From an uncultured Clostridia bacterium (GTDB taxonomy: Bacteria; Bacillota; Clostridia; Christensenellales; UBA1242): a DNA stretch of 64,000 nucleotides. The DNA is taken from positions 359,366 to 423,365 of the forward strand of contig CALVTO010000001.1 of assembly GCA_944362705.1 (NCBI GenBank), written 5' to 3'. Positions 48,299-57,527 of this stretch are shown here, in pieces. The translations under genes were made by a program, and so were the position numbers. Positions within the stretch are counted from its first letter, which is position 1; every line of letters begins with the position of its first letter. The notes beneath the pieces are model-generated. The model saw only the letters and a list, made by a program, of their open reading frames with translations, ran no database searches and had not been told where the DNA came from.

Positions 48299-48680
48299 TT
48301 TCTTTATCCTTAAACGAAGCAGCAATACTATGTATAATGCCTGGAAGCTTATCTAAAATCTTTTCAAAAGCACCTCTATCATCATTTCTTATAAGCTTAA
48401 CATTGCCGTTTGTATAAATTAAAAACCCTATTGGATGCACCGTAACACCACCGCCCGTTCCTGTAGAAAACGGATACCCAGAGCCTTTTACACTTGCTAC
48501 ATTAGATGAATATTCACCACCACCAACTAAATACCCTAGGGTTACTTTAGAAATAGGAATAACTTTTGTTGTCTCATCTAAAATCACAGGCTTTCCAATA
48601 ACAGTATCCACTTCCATCATATTTCTTAATTTCCCTAAAGTATCATTGACAACTCTTTCAATATTATGTTCTTTTTCCAT
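48291..48680 (-). CDS. ytfJ: GerW/YtfJ-family sporulation protein
   Basis: VIGKPV.....VIPISKV..G...GGGEYS....GGGVTV.PIGFL pattern. Confidence 0.8.
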   Translation of the reverse strand: MEKEHNIERVVNDTLGKLRNMMEVDTVIGKPVILDETTKVIPISKVTLGYLVGGGEYSSNVASVKGSGYPFSTGTGGGVTVHPIGFLIYTNGNVKLIRNDDRGAFEKILDKLPGIIHSIAASFKDKENE

Positions 48681-49248
48681 ACTTACTTCTCCTTGTTTTT
48701 ATCATTGCTTTTATTAAAGCAACAAACACCATACCAACAGAAAATTTTATTTTAACTTCCGTACTAATATTTGCCACTTCTTTTTCAAAATTAGGAACAA
48801 CCTCTAATATCCCACGAAACCCCTTTTCTTTATGATGTAAATAATTATAAATACATCCATAACCAATCTGTATTCCGCTTGCTGTCATACATGTTTTAAA
48901 TGCGTCATTTTTAACACCCACCTGCGCGTAAAAATTGAGTTCTTTTGCATGAATAACCTTTAAAATTTCAAGCCCAATATTTTGCGATAGTTTGCTGGTT
49001 TTTATTTTAACTCTTTTAATGTCATTATTTTTATTCTCAATTAAAAATTTCCCATTTTCATCTACCTTAGCACGCCCACAGAGTATTTTAAACCATCCTA
49101 ATTTTATGCAATAAAAACCCCGTATTTCAAAGCAATCAACAAATAGTTGCATCGTAAAAGTAAATGGATATAACACCAAAATACATACCAAAGCAATAGC
49201 TATAAAACACCATACATATTGCATACTTTTATTTTGTGTAAAACCCAC
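48664..49248 (-). CDS. YtfI-like (DUF2953) membrane protein
   Basis: N-terminal TM helix, sitting upstream of ytfJ as in Bacillus ytfI-ytfJ. The start is uncertain: GTG at 49248 or ATG at 49224, neither with a good RBS. Confidence 0.45.
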   Translation of the reverse strand: MGFTQNKSMQYVWCFIAIALVCILVLYPFTFTMQLFVDCFEIRGFYCIKLGWFKILCGRAKVDENGKFLIENKNNDIKRVKIKTSKLSQNIGLEILKVIHAKELNFYAQVGVKNDAFKTCMTASGIQIGYGCIYNYLHHKEKGFRGILEVVPNFEKEVANISTEVKIKFSVGMVFVALIKAMIKTRRSKYGKRT

Positions 49249-49270
49249 ATTTTTATGTGCTTATTAAAAG

Positions 49271-49300
49271 AAAAAGTGTAAGCAAGTGCTTACACTTTTC
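49271..49300. terminator. Bidirectional terminator downstream of scpB
   Basis: AAAGTGTAAGC / GCTTACACTTT 11-bp stem with a 4-nt loop, flanked by A/T runs. Confidence 0.75.
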
Positions 49301-49363
49301 GTATTATTTGCGTTATTTTCGTCATCATATTGTATATAAAATATACAACTTTCCTAATTTTAT

Positions 49364-49423
49364 AGAAACTTATACAAAATCATGGAAAATTATACAAAAT
49401 CATAGAAAATTATACAAAATCAT
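49364..49423. repeat. Three tandem 20-bp units (minus strand ATGATTTTGTATAA[T/G]TTTC[T/C])
   Basis: Units at 49364-83, 49384-403 and 49404-23. The last unit contains the final scpB codons and its TAA stop. Confidence 0.9.
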
Positions 49424-50258
49424 CGTCATCAAAAGAAAAATCATCTACCATTTCATCATCACTTATTTCTTCCGTTACTTCATTTAAATTGCTTTCTTTT
49501 GCGAATTCTTTTTTATTGAATTTCATTTTATTTTGTTTTTTTACCTTTTTGTCTTGTTCTTCCACTATAGGTTCTTCAACGTTTTGCGATACAACAACTG
49601 CATCTTCCGCACCTTGGACTTCTTTGCTTACTAGCATATCAACATCTTGTATCTCACTTTCTATGCTAGGCGTTATTTTATCTGTTGGAACTTCAAAATG
49701 ATTATACAAACTATCATCTTTCTTTTCGCGTATAATTTGTATGCTTTCAAGAACCGACTCGTATGACGGCAAATCTGTAATGCTATTCAAATTAAATCGT
49801 TTTAAAAATTCATCTGTTGTGCCAAATAAAACGGGTCTACCAACAGCATCTTTTCTACCAACCACCTCTACTAAATTATGTTCCATTAAAAGGTTAATTG
49901 CATAATCGCTCGATACCCCACGAATTTCTTCAATTTCTAACCTTGTAATAGGTTGTTTGTAAGCAATAATGGCAGCGGTTTCTAAAGCCGCTTTAGAAAG
50001 TTGCTTTTCTCGAATAGGGTTTAATACTAAAGCCACTTGTTCTGCATAGGCAGAGTTGGTAGAAAATTGCAGTTTGTTATGAAACTCTCTTAAATAAATA
50101 CCGCAATCGCCCGAGTATTTTTTCTTTAAATTTTCTACAGCTTTCGTAAAGTCTTTTTTTGAAACATCTATTTTTGATAAAATATCAGCAATATCAATTG
50201 CTCCGCCCGAAACAAATATAATGGACTCTAAAACATTTTCTAAATTATCCATCGACAT
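49410..50258 (-). CDS. scpB: Segregation and condensation protein B, with a long acidic C-terminal tail
   Basis: ScpB wHTH pattern (ESIIFVSG, AYKQPITRLEIEEIRGV, GRPVLFGTT..FL..F). Confidence 0.9.
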   Translation of the reverse strand: MSMDNLENVLESIIFVSGGAIDIADILSKIDVSKKDFTKAVENLKKKYSGDCGIYLREFHNKLQFSTNSAYAEQVALVLNPIREKQLSKAALETAAIIAYKQPITRLEIEEIRGVSSDYAINLLMEHNLVEVVGRKDAVGRPVLFGTTDEFLKRFNLNSITDLPSYESVLESIQIIREKKDDSLYNHFEVPTDKITPSIESEIQDVDMLVSKEVQGAEDAVVVSQNVEEPIVEEQDKKVKKQNKMKFNKKEFAKESNLNEVTEEISDDEMVDDFSFDDDDFV

Positions 50259-51021
50259 TTTCCTCTTTTGCTTGAATTAATATATCTTCAAAATTATGTG
50301 TTTGCGTTGCTGAAATTACTTGTCTTTTTAATAATTCCAACACCGCTAAAAACGTATTTATAATTTCGCTTTTAGAATAATCGGCCTCAAATAATTCCGT
50401 GAACATAAATTGTTTTTTTAGTAATAAATTGTCTTTTATTTGCGCCATTTTATCTGCCACCGTAAATCTATCTTTTTCAATTTTACGTTCTTTAATTTCT
50501 TCTGCCTTTACAGACATTTTATATATAAGTTTTGAAAAGGCCTGAATGAGTCCTTCCATATTCATATCTTTTAAAACATAACGGTAACCTGTTGCCGATG
50601 GTTCTGGTTCTTTGTAAAATTTATTTACATCTTCTATGCTTTTTAGCTTTTCCGAAGTTTCTTTAAATAATTTATACTCTTCCACTTGACGAATCAGTTT
50701 TGTTTCTTCATCTTCTTCATCTGTTACAATTTCCACAGGTTTTGGCAATAATTTTTTAGATTTTATTTCTAAAAGCGTTGCCGCCATTTCAATAAACGCG
50801 CCCGCATTGTCCATATCAACAAGTTCAATGTTTTCTATATACGCTAAATATTGTTCTGTTATTTTAGAAACAAAAATATCTTTAATATCTATTTTTGCTT
50901 CTTTAATTAAGTGCAACAATAAATCAAGCGGACCTTCAAACTGTTGCAGTTTAAACTGCAACCCACCCGACAAATCTTCTTCATTTTGCAATTCCATTAT
51001 TTCGTCACTCATGAAATACAT
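50245..51021 (-). CDS. scpA: Segregation and condensation protein A
   Basis: FEGPLDLLLHLI motif and an ScpA-typical C-terminus (FLAVLELLK). Confidence 0.9.
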   Translation of the reverse strand: MYFMSDEIMELQNEEDLSGGLQFKLQQFEGPLDLLLHLIKEAKIDIKDIFVSKITEQYLAYIENIELVDMDNAGAFIEMAATLLEIKSKKLLPKPVEIVTDEEDEETKLIRQVEEYKLFKETSEKLKSIEDVNKFYKEPEPSATGYRYVLKDMNMEGLIQAFSKLIYKMSVKAEEIKERKIEKDRFTVADKMAQIKDNLLLKKQFMFTELFEADYSKSEIINTFLAVLELLKRQVISATQTHNFEDILIQAKEENVDG

Positions 51022-51692
51022 ATGCCCCTTAAAACATAATCAAAAAAGTTGGTAAAACTAAGAACAATTCCTGAGTTTATAAAACCTATTACATAATATA
51101 GCGCGCCTGTAATTAACAAAACAAGCATTATTATCATACTATATTTTTGCAGAAAACGCATGAACGAATGATGTTCGCCTAAACGACTTGCCAACAATCT
51201 ATACCCATCTAACGGGTATAAAGGCAATAAATTAAATACGCCAAACGCAATATTAAATTGCGCAAATACTTGTAATAGAATAATAAAGTACAAAAAAGCT
51301 ACCGATGTTGATGCTGAAACTTCATAAATAACACTAAAAAGTTGCGTAAGAAATAAAAACACAACACCTAATATAAAATTGGTTTTAATGCCAGCAAAAG
51401 CAACCCGCGCTTCACTTTTAGAGCCGTTTTTAAAATTTCTTGCATCTACAGGAACAGGTTTCGCCCAACCAAACCCAAAAACTAGCAAAACAATAATGCC
51501 TAAAATATCTATATGTTTTAGCGGATTTAATGTTTTTCTACCCATAACCGTAGCCGTTGCGTCACCTTCTTGGAGCGCCACAACCGCATGCGAATATTCA
51601 TGCACGGTCATGGCAAATATAAGTGCAAGCAAATAAATGAAAATTAAAAAAATGACACTAACATTAGGGGTTGTAAACAGTAAATCTAACAT
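51009..51692 (-). CDS. Site-2 protease family (M50) membrane metalloprotease
   Basis: HEYSHAVVA (HExxH) and NLLPLYPLDGYRL motifs in a multi-TM protein. The start is ambiguous (51701 or 51692). 51692 is preferred because the ATG at 51701 overlaps the -10 box. Confidence 0.75.
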   Translation of the reverse strand: MLDLLFTTPNVSVIFLIFIYLLALIFAMTVHEYSHAVVALQEGDATATVMGRKTLNPLKHIDILGIIVLLVFGFGWAKPVPVDARNFKNGSKSEARVAFAGIKTNFILGVVFLFLTQLFSVIYEVSASTSVAFLYFIILLQVFAQFNIAFGVFNLLPLYPLDGYRLLASRLGEHHSFMRFLQKYSMIIMLVLLITGALYYVIGFINSGIVLSFTNFFDYVLRGICIS

Positions 51693-51699
51693 ACTTTTC

Positions 51700-51728
51700 A
51701 TTATAAAAATATTACCTTTTGTTGTCAA
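51700..51728 (-). promoter_or_regulatory. Near-consensus sigma-A-type promoter for the M50 gene
   Basis: On the minus strand: TTGACA (51728-51723), 17 nt, then TATAAT (51705-51700). The ATG at 51692 lies 7 nt after the -10. Confidence 0.6.
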
Positions 51729-51757
51729 ATAAATACGCACAGGGCCTCGCCCTGTGC
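51729..51757 (-). terminator. GC-rich terminator hairpin after the 51785-52945 gene
   Basis: GCACAGGGC-GAG-GCCCTGTGC, followed on the minus strand by GTATTTATTT. Confidence 0.65.
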
Positions 51758-51784
51758 GCTCTTTTCATTTTCTACTTTTTATGT

Positions 51785-52945
51785 TTACCATTCATATATA
51801 AGTTTTTCTAATATGTGTTTTACATCTATTTTTTCATTATAGTCGCAACTAACAATATCTATTTCTTTTACGACTATACCATTTGCATTTGCAACATATG
51901 CCACGCCAACTTTAGCTCCTTGCATAATAGGCGCAGAGACATTTTCAAACAATTCTACTTTTACTTTCATTGCGCTTTCTTCACCTTTTTCTACTGTATC
52001 CCATACACTTTCTACAGGCATAGCCGTTACTGAATGGTTCACACCATTTTTTACAGGCACTTGCACTTTTGTGTTTTCATTATCAAGCACAACCACACTT
52101 TCATAGTTTGCAAAACCAAAATTAAATAAGTTTGTAGCTAGGTTAAATCTATCTTTTGAAGTTTCGGCGCCCATAACTACGCAAATAAATTGCATATTAT
52201 TTAAATGCGCTGTACTTACCAAGCAGAAACCTGCGTCATCTGTGTACCCTGTTTTGCCTGAGTCGCAATTTGTATATGTTTTAATTAAACGGTTGGTATT
52301 TACCAAATCTGTTTTTCTTCCGCTTTCATGAACAAGCGTATCCATCCAAATTTTAGCATATTCTTTGTATAAAGGCTCATTCATTATTTGTTGGTACATG
52401 GTTGCAACATCAACAGCAGAAGAATAATGGTTTTCCACCGGCAAGCCTGTACAATTTGCAAAATGAGTATTTTTTAATTGTAAACGCACGGCGTAATCAT
52501 TCATTTTTGCAACAAAAACCTCTTCCGAGCCAGCAATTTTTTCAGCTAGCGCAACCATAGCATCGTTGGCGGAAGCTACCACACAAGCTTTAATTAAGTC
52601 TTTCACAAAATACTCTTTATTTTTATCTAAAAAAGCCGAAGACCCTTTCACGCTTGTTGCATGCTCAGATACCCGTACTTTATCATCAACTTGTAAAGCC
52701 CCATTGTTAATAGCATCGAAAACAAGTTTTAAAGAAAAGATTTTTGTCATGCTTGCAAGACTAAACGCAGTATCTCCTTCATGATTTACTACTATTTTCC
52801 CACTTTTTGCATCCATAAGTAAATATGCATGTGTTTTTGTTTGCGTAACAAATTCAGCCGCCTGCGTGTATATGGTGCTAGACGGCACGCACGTTAAACA
52901 TAAAACAAAAGCAAACATTAGGCATAAACATTTTAACACTTTCAT
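51785..52945 (-). CDS. D-alanyl-D-alanine carboxypeptidase (PBP5/DacF-like)
   Basis: SMTK (SxxK), SAND (SxN) and KTGYT (KTG) motifs with a signal peptide. ATG at 52945 follows AGGAG. Confidence 0.85.
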   Translation of the reverse strand: MKVLKCLCLMFAFVLCLTCVPSSTIYTQAAEFVTQTKTHAYLLMDAKSGKIVVNHEGDTAFSLASMTKIFSLKLVFDAINNGALQVDDKVRVSEHATSVKGSSAFLDKNKEYFVKDLIKACVVASANDAMVALAEKIAGSEEVFVAKMNDYAVRLQLKNTHFANCTGLPVENHYSSAVDVATMYQQIMNEPLYKEYAKIWMDTLVHESGRKTDLVNTNRLIKTYTNCDSGKTGYTDDAGFCLVSTAHLNNMQFICVVMGAETSKDRFNLATNLFNFGFANYESVVVLDNENTKVQVPVKNGVNHSVTAMPVESVWDTVEKGEESAMKVKVELFENVSAPIMQGAKVGVAYVANANGIVVKEIDIVSCDYNEKIDVKHILEKLIYEW

Positions 52946-52995
52946 AACCAAATCTCCTTTTGGTTAGTTTGTTACCCCATAATGTTTTTATGCAC

Positions 52996-53613
52996 TTAAT
53001 AATGAATAAAAATAAAACTTTTACTTAATAGCGGAACAATAAAAGCGTTAATGCAAACAATAGCCAAAGCAAACACAAACGTAAAAATAAAATTTTGCCA
53101 CGTATTTTGTTCTTGAAAGCTTTTTAAAAAAGGAACTTGTTCTTGTAATTGCACTTTTGCGCGCTTCATTAAAACAACCGCCGCACACACCATAGACACA
53201 AAAAACAATATGTTCATAGGTGTTAAAAAAAGTAAAACGCTAAATAAGGATTTTATGCCATAAATTTGAAGAATACTCATGATACTATAAGAAAATAGAA
53301 ATGCTTGATATCCAATAAAAATATAACTTAAAAACGATGTATAATACGTTATATTAAACAAAAACAAAATAATAAAAACCAGTAACACATCCCAAAGTTT
53401 TGTTGCAAATAACGAACCAAACGAAACGTCGCCCACCACAAAATTATATAAATTTTCATCTCCGCTTTTTAAAATGTTGCTATTTGCGCCATATGTTACG
53501 CAAACCACAATACCGATGAAAATACCTGCAAGAATACAAATAAAAAACATGATATATCTGCCCACATTATCGTAGAAATGTGATTTTATATAAAAAGAAA
53601 AATCTTGCTTCAT
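52996..53613 (-). CDS. spoIIM: Stage II sporulation protein M
   Basis: 205-aa polytopic membrane protein with a SpoIIM-like N-terminus, adjacent to spo0A/spoIVB. Confidence 0.7.
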   Translation of the reverse strand: MKQDFSFYIKSHFYDNVGRYIMFFICILAGIFIGIVVCVTYGANSNILKSGDENLYNFVVGDVSFGSLFATKLWDVLLVFIILFLFNITYYTSFLSYIFIGYQAFLFSYSIMSILQIYGIKSLFSVLLFLTPMNILFFVSMVCAAVVLMKRAKVQLQEQVPFLKSFQEQNTWQNFIFTFVFALAIVCINAFIVPLLSKSFIFIHY

Positions 53614-53648
53614 ATTTCAATATATGCAAGATTTTTCAAAAAAATACA

Positions 53649-54395
53649 TTATTCTGCGTATGCAAACATCATGTCGTTTTCAATCATAATTTTGTTAATT
53701 AAAAAAGATATAACATTTCTGTTTGTAGGAAAATCCCAAATAAAGTTCATCATACCATCTTTGCTTTCCTGCGCGTTATGCTTGCAGTTATACACAGAAA
53801 AATCTATGGTGTAACGAATACTTCTTTCCACACACTGGTTAGAAACAGCGTATTTCGAAGCAACTAAGGGATAAATTTCTTTGGTTAAATTTTTTAGTTT
53901 ACCACGACTCATAATACCAATTAACACACAATCTTTTAAATATTGAAACCCGCAATGCTTTGGTTGTAAACCCATACAAATTAAATCTTGTACAACCGCT
54001 TGTGATAACGAAGCACATGTTTCAGGCTTTGCATGACTACTTAATTGCTTAGCCATTTGTTGTACCATATTTTCAATAACTGTTGCAAGATTTTGATAAT
54101 TTGCAACAAAGGTGTATAGCGTTTTGCAAGAAGAAAATTCTTCGCCAATAACAATAATGTGTTTCATAAACAACGATTGAATAACGCTTATAAATTTTTC
54201 GAGCTCTTTACGCACGAACAGTGAATTATCAATAAGCAACACTTCACAAGAATGTTCTTTTAATTTTGCAAAAAGCTCTTCCACTTTGCAAACATAAGAC
54301 ATACTTACACAATCGTATTGTTTTAATAAAACATTTTGTGTTTCTTGAAATTCACCTTTTTGATTTGTATAAACAATTACCCCAAGTTTCGACAT
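53649..54395 (-). CDS. spo0A: Spo0A-type regulator (Spo0A_C DNA-binding domain) with a degenerate receiver domain
   Basis: C-terminal domain: CGFQYLKDCV, LTKEIYPLVASKYAVSNQCVERSIRYTI, PTNRNVISFLINKI. N-terminal domain: VIVYTNQ in place of V.ADDN, with LLID retained. Syntenic with spoIVB. ATG at 54395 follows AGGGGG. Confidence 0.8.
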   Translation of the reverse strand: MSKLGVIVYTNQKGEFQETQNVLLKQYDCVSMSYVCKVEELFAKLKEHSCEVLLIDNSLFVRKELEKFISVIQSLFMKHIIVIGEEFSSCKTLYTFVANYQNLATVIENMVQQMAKQLSSHAKPETCASLSQAVVQDLICMGLQPKHCGFQYLKDCVLIGIMSRGKLKNLTKEIYPLVASKYAVSNQCVERSIRYTIDFSVYNCKHNAQESKDGMMNFIWDFPTNRNVISFLINKIMIENDMMFAYAE

Positions 54396-54450
54396 AATTA
54401 TCCCCCTAACTGCCTTTATAGTAGCATAGATTTTTATGTTTGGCAAACGT

Positions 54451-54500
54451 TTTTACAAAAATTTTACAAAATTATTCAAAATTATTCAATATTGTTAAAA
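54451..54500. repeat. Five phased 10-bp A/T-tract decamers upstream of spo0A
   Basis: TTTTACAAAA ATTTTACAAA ATTATTCAAA ATTATTCAAT ATTGTTAAAA. Confidence 0.8.
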
Positions 54501-54511
54501 ATGCACAAATG

Positions 54512-55564
54512 TTAAAAAGACATCCAATCTGCATATAAACCAAACCCTTTCGTTGGGTCGTTTACAAACACATGCGTTACAGCGCCAATAAGAACATTGT
54601 TTTGTACAATAGGGCTACCGCTCATACCCTGCACAATGCCACCCGTTAACTCTAACAAAGTTTTATCGGTAATTTTCAAAACCAAACTTCTTTTTTCTGG
54701 GGAATTTTGATTCATAGCCTTTATAATTTCTACATCATACGCTTTAGGCGTTGTCCCATCTACTGTGCAATATATTTGCGCCTTCCCTACCTTTACCATA
54801 CTTTTGTTGCCTAATATCACTTTGGTTAAATGCATAGTTTCTACCATTTCTTTATTTGCTTGACCATACACGCCAAACTCACAGTTTTTGGTAACATTAC
54901 CTAAAACGGACCCATTTTTTAAAAACAACCCCTTTAATTCGCCAGCTTTTCCTTTTACACCTTTTTGCACACCAATAACATTACATTTGTAAATATTTCC
55001 GTTTAAAACCGGCATAACAATGCTTGTATCTATATCTGATATAGCGTGTCCTAAACAAGCAAACTTATATGTTTCGGCATCAATATACGTCATTGTTCCA
55101 ACACCGGCTGCATTATCTCTAATCCATAAACCAAGTTTATATAAACCCGTAATGCTGTCTTTTGCAGGTGTAACCCTTTTAGAAAATGTTGAACCATTAC
55201 GTAAAAATGTACAAGTTACACTGTCGCCTTTATATGTTATATCGTTTAAAATAGAAGAAATATCTGTTGCCGAATTTACTTCACTTTTATTTATATGCGT
55301 TAAAACATCGCCTTCCTTTATTTCAGCATTTTTAAAGGGCGTAACTTCACCATTATTTGTTGTTACCGAGGAAACGCCAATAACAATAACGCCTTTTGTA
55401 TTCAGTGTAATACCAATGGGAAATCCACCTAAATATACCATTTTTTGTCCTGCATAAGCTTGTGACATATGCACGCCATAAACAAATGGTGCAAAAGAAA
55501 AACACAATACGGAAATAAAAACCAAAAACGCAACAAACAAAGCAGAACAAAAGTTTTTACACAT
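54512..55564 (-). CDS. spoIVB: SpoIVB signalling serine peptidase (S55)
   Basis: N-terminal TM helix, PDZ-like region (IKEGDVLTHIN) and catalytic CLGHAI and GMSGSPI. Confidence 0.9.
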   Translation of the reverse strand: MCKNFCSALFVAFLVFISVLCFSFAPFVYGVHMSQAYAGQKMVYLGGFPIGITLNTKGVIVIGVSSVTTNNGEVTPFKNAEIKEGDVLTHINKSEVNSATDISSILNDITYKGDSVTCTFLRNGSTFSKRVTPAKDSITGLYKLGLWIRDNAAGVGTMTYIDAETYKFACLGHAISDIDTSIVMPVLNGNIYKCNVIGVQKGVKGKAGELKGLFLKNGSVLGNVTKNCEFGVYGQANKEMVETMHLTKVILGNKSMVKVGKAQIYCTVDGTTPKAYDVEIIKAMNQNSPEKRSLVLKITDKTLLELTGGIVQGMSGSPIVQNNVLIGAVTHVFVNDPTKGFGLYADWMSF

Positions 55565-55599
55565 AAAAAAACTCTCCCTAAGGAGTAGTTTCTTTAAAT

Positions 55600-57288
55600 T
55601 TATATCATTTTATGCATATTCTTTTTATAATCATCTGCATATTGCAAAAGTTCTTGTGCATGTTCTTTGGCAATAGCCGAATGTTCTAAACCGCCAGAAA
55701 GTCGTGCAATTTCGGTAATTTTTTCTTCTTCTTTCAACATTTTTACATTGGTAAACGTTCTGCCTGCTTCTGTAGTTTTTTCAATAAAATAATGTACATT
55801 TGCAAAGCTTGCAATTTGCGCCAAATGTGTTACACATAATATTTGCACACCACAACTAGCAATTTGGCACATTTTTTCACCTACAACTTTTGCAATGTTC
55901 CCCGAAATACCCGTATCTATTTCATCAAACACCAATGTTTCAATACCATCTAACGAAGCTGTTATTGTTTTTACTGCCAACATAAATCGACTCATTTCAC
56001 CACCACTCATTGTTTTATGCAATGGTTTTAGGTCTTCCCCCAAGTTTACTGCAACGTAAAACATAACACTGTGTTTGCCTTCGAGTTTATACGTATCTTG
56101 TTCTTCAAACTTACATTCAAATTTCGCATGTGGCATACCTAAGTCCGCCAACTGTTTTTCTATACGTTGTTTTAATTCTAAAGAAGCATCTTTACGAATA
56201 GAAAAAACTTCAAGTTCTGCCTTTGATAATTGTTGTTCCAATGCATTCTTTTTCTTTTCTAATTTTTCTAAATCGTCCGTTGTTCCATTTAATTTTTCTA
56301 GCTCCACACGTAAAAATTGCGCATAGTTTTGCACATCTTGTATGGTTGGCCCATATTTTTTTAACAGTGCTTTTACAGCATCGTATATTCGTTCAATTTC
56401 ATTTAATTCATTTTCCTCAAAATGCACTGTTTGCGCATAATCTTTTAAATAACTTTCAATATCTTGTAATTCGTATCGCAAAGAATATAATCTTTCTGCC
56501 ACATCCTCCAGCGCCTTATCCACATTTTTTAGCGCATCTATATTTTGTATTGCACTAGAAATTGTTTGCATGGTAGACGCATCTTGATAAGAAATATCTT
56601 GTAACGCAGCCGAAACATGTGTAGCTATTTTTTCAGCATATTGCGCAATATCTCTCTTTTTCAATAATTCTTCCCACTCGTTTTCCGTAATGCATGCATT
56701 TTGTATTTCTTTTAATTGAAAAGAATACATATCTAGTTTATACGCTCGTTCTTTTTCATCTATGCCATACGTAGCAAGTTCTTCCATGCACTTTTTCCAT
56801 TCCATATACACTTGCTGGTATTTTTTCAATGACGCACGCAATTTTTCACCGGCAAAAGCATCTAATATTTTTATGTGGTTTGATGGTTGTAATAACGTTT
56901 GATGCTCAAACTGGCCGTGCACATCAATCAATTTCTCGGTGAGCGATTTTAGCATTTGCAACGTAAATGTGTGTCCATTTACTCTGCATTCATTTTTACC
57001 ATTTTGATAAAACTTTCTGTGAATAATAATAACCCCTTCGTTTTCTAAAGAAAATTGTTCGAATAAAGCATCATGATTCACTTCAAAAACCGCTTCAACT
57101 TCTGCATAATCACAATTTTTTGCAATGTAAGATTTATCAGCGCGTGCTCCAATAGCCAAGCCAATAGAATGTAATAACAAAGACTTACCGGCACCTGTTT
57201 CGCCCGTAAATACAATAAAACCCGGTTGCGTTTGCAACTCTGCTTTTTGTATTAAAGCTATATTTCGAATGGAAATAGATTGTAACAT
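55600..57288 (-). CDS. recN: DNA repair protein RecN
   Basis: Walker A GETGAGKS, a long coiled coil, signature MSGGEMSR and Walker B LVFDEID. Confidence 0.95.
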   Translation of the reverse strand: MLQSISIRNIALIQKAELQTQPGFIVFTGETGAGKSLLLHSIGLAIGARADKSYIAKNCDYAEVEAVFEVNHDALFEQFSLENEGVIIIHRKFYQNGKNECRVNGHTFTLQMLKSLTEKLIDVHGQFEHQTLLQPSNHIKILDAFAGEKLRASLKKYQQVYMEWKKCMEELATYGIDEKERAYKLDMYSFQLKEIQNACITENEWEELLKKRDIAQYAEKIATHVSAALQDISYQDASTMQTISSAIQNIDALKNVDKALEDVAERLYSLRYELQDIESYLKDYAQTVHFEENELNEIERIYDAVKALLKKYGPTIQDVQNYAQFLRVELEKLNGTTDDLEKLEKKKNALEQQLSKAELEVFSIRKDASLELKQRIEKQLADLGMPHAKFECKFEEQDTYKLEGKHSVMFYVAVNLGEDLKPLHKTMSGGEMSRFMLAVKTITASLDGIETLVFDEIDTGISGNIAKVVGEKMCQIASCGVQILCVTHLAQIASFANVHYFIEKTTEAGRTFTNVKMLKEEEKITEIARLSGGLEHSAIAKEHAQELLQYADDYKKNMHKMI

Positions 57289-57289
57289 A

Positions 57290-57526
57290 TTACTCCTCTT
57301 GTGCTTTCACTTCAACAAAGGTATCTACATCTTTTTTTAATTCTAATATTTTACCCTCTGCCTTTTTTACTTGTTCGTAACATTCTTTCGTAATTTTAAC
57401 GGCACGTTCAAATTCTTTCATCGCAACGTCTAAAGAAATATCGGGTTTTTCTAACGTTTTTGAAATCTCTTCTAACGCGCGCATATTTTGTTCTAAAGAT
57501 TTTTCTTTTTGTTTGGTTTGTTCCAT
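57290..57526 (-). CDS. xseB: Exodeoxyribonuclease VII small subunit
   Basis: 78-aa helical protein (LE..M..LEEI...LE). ATG at 57526 follows GAGGA, directly after the xseA stop. Confidence 0.85.
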   Translation of the reverse strand: MEQTKQKEKSLEQNMRALEEISKTLEKPDISLDVAMKEFERAVKITKECYEQVKKAEGKILELKKDVDTFVEVKAQEE

Positions 57527-57527
57527 A

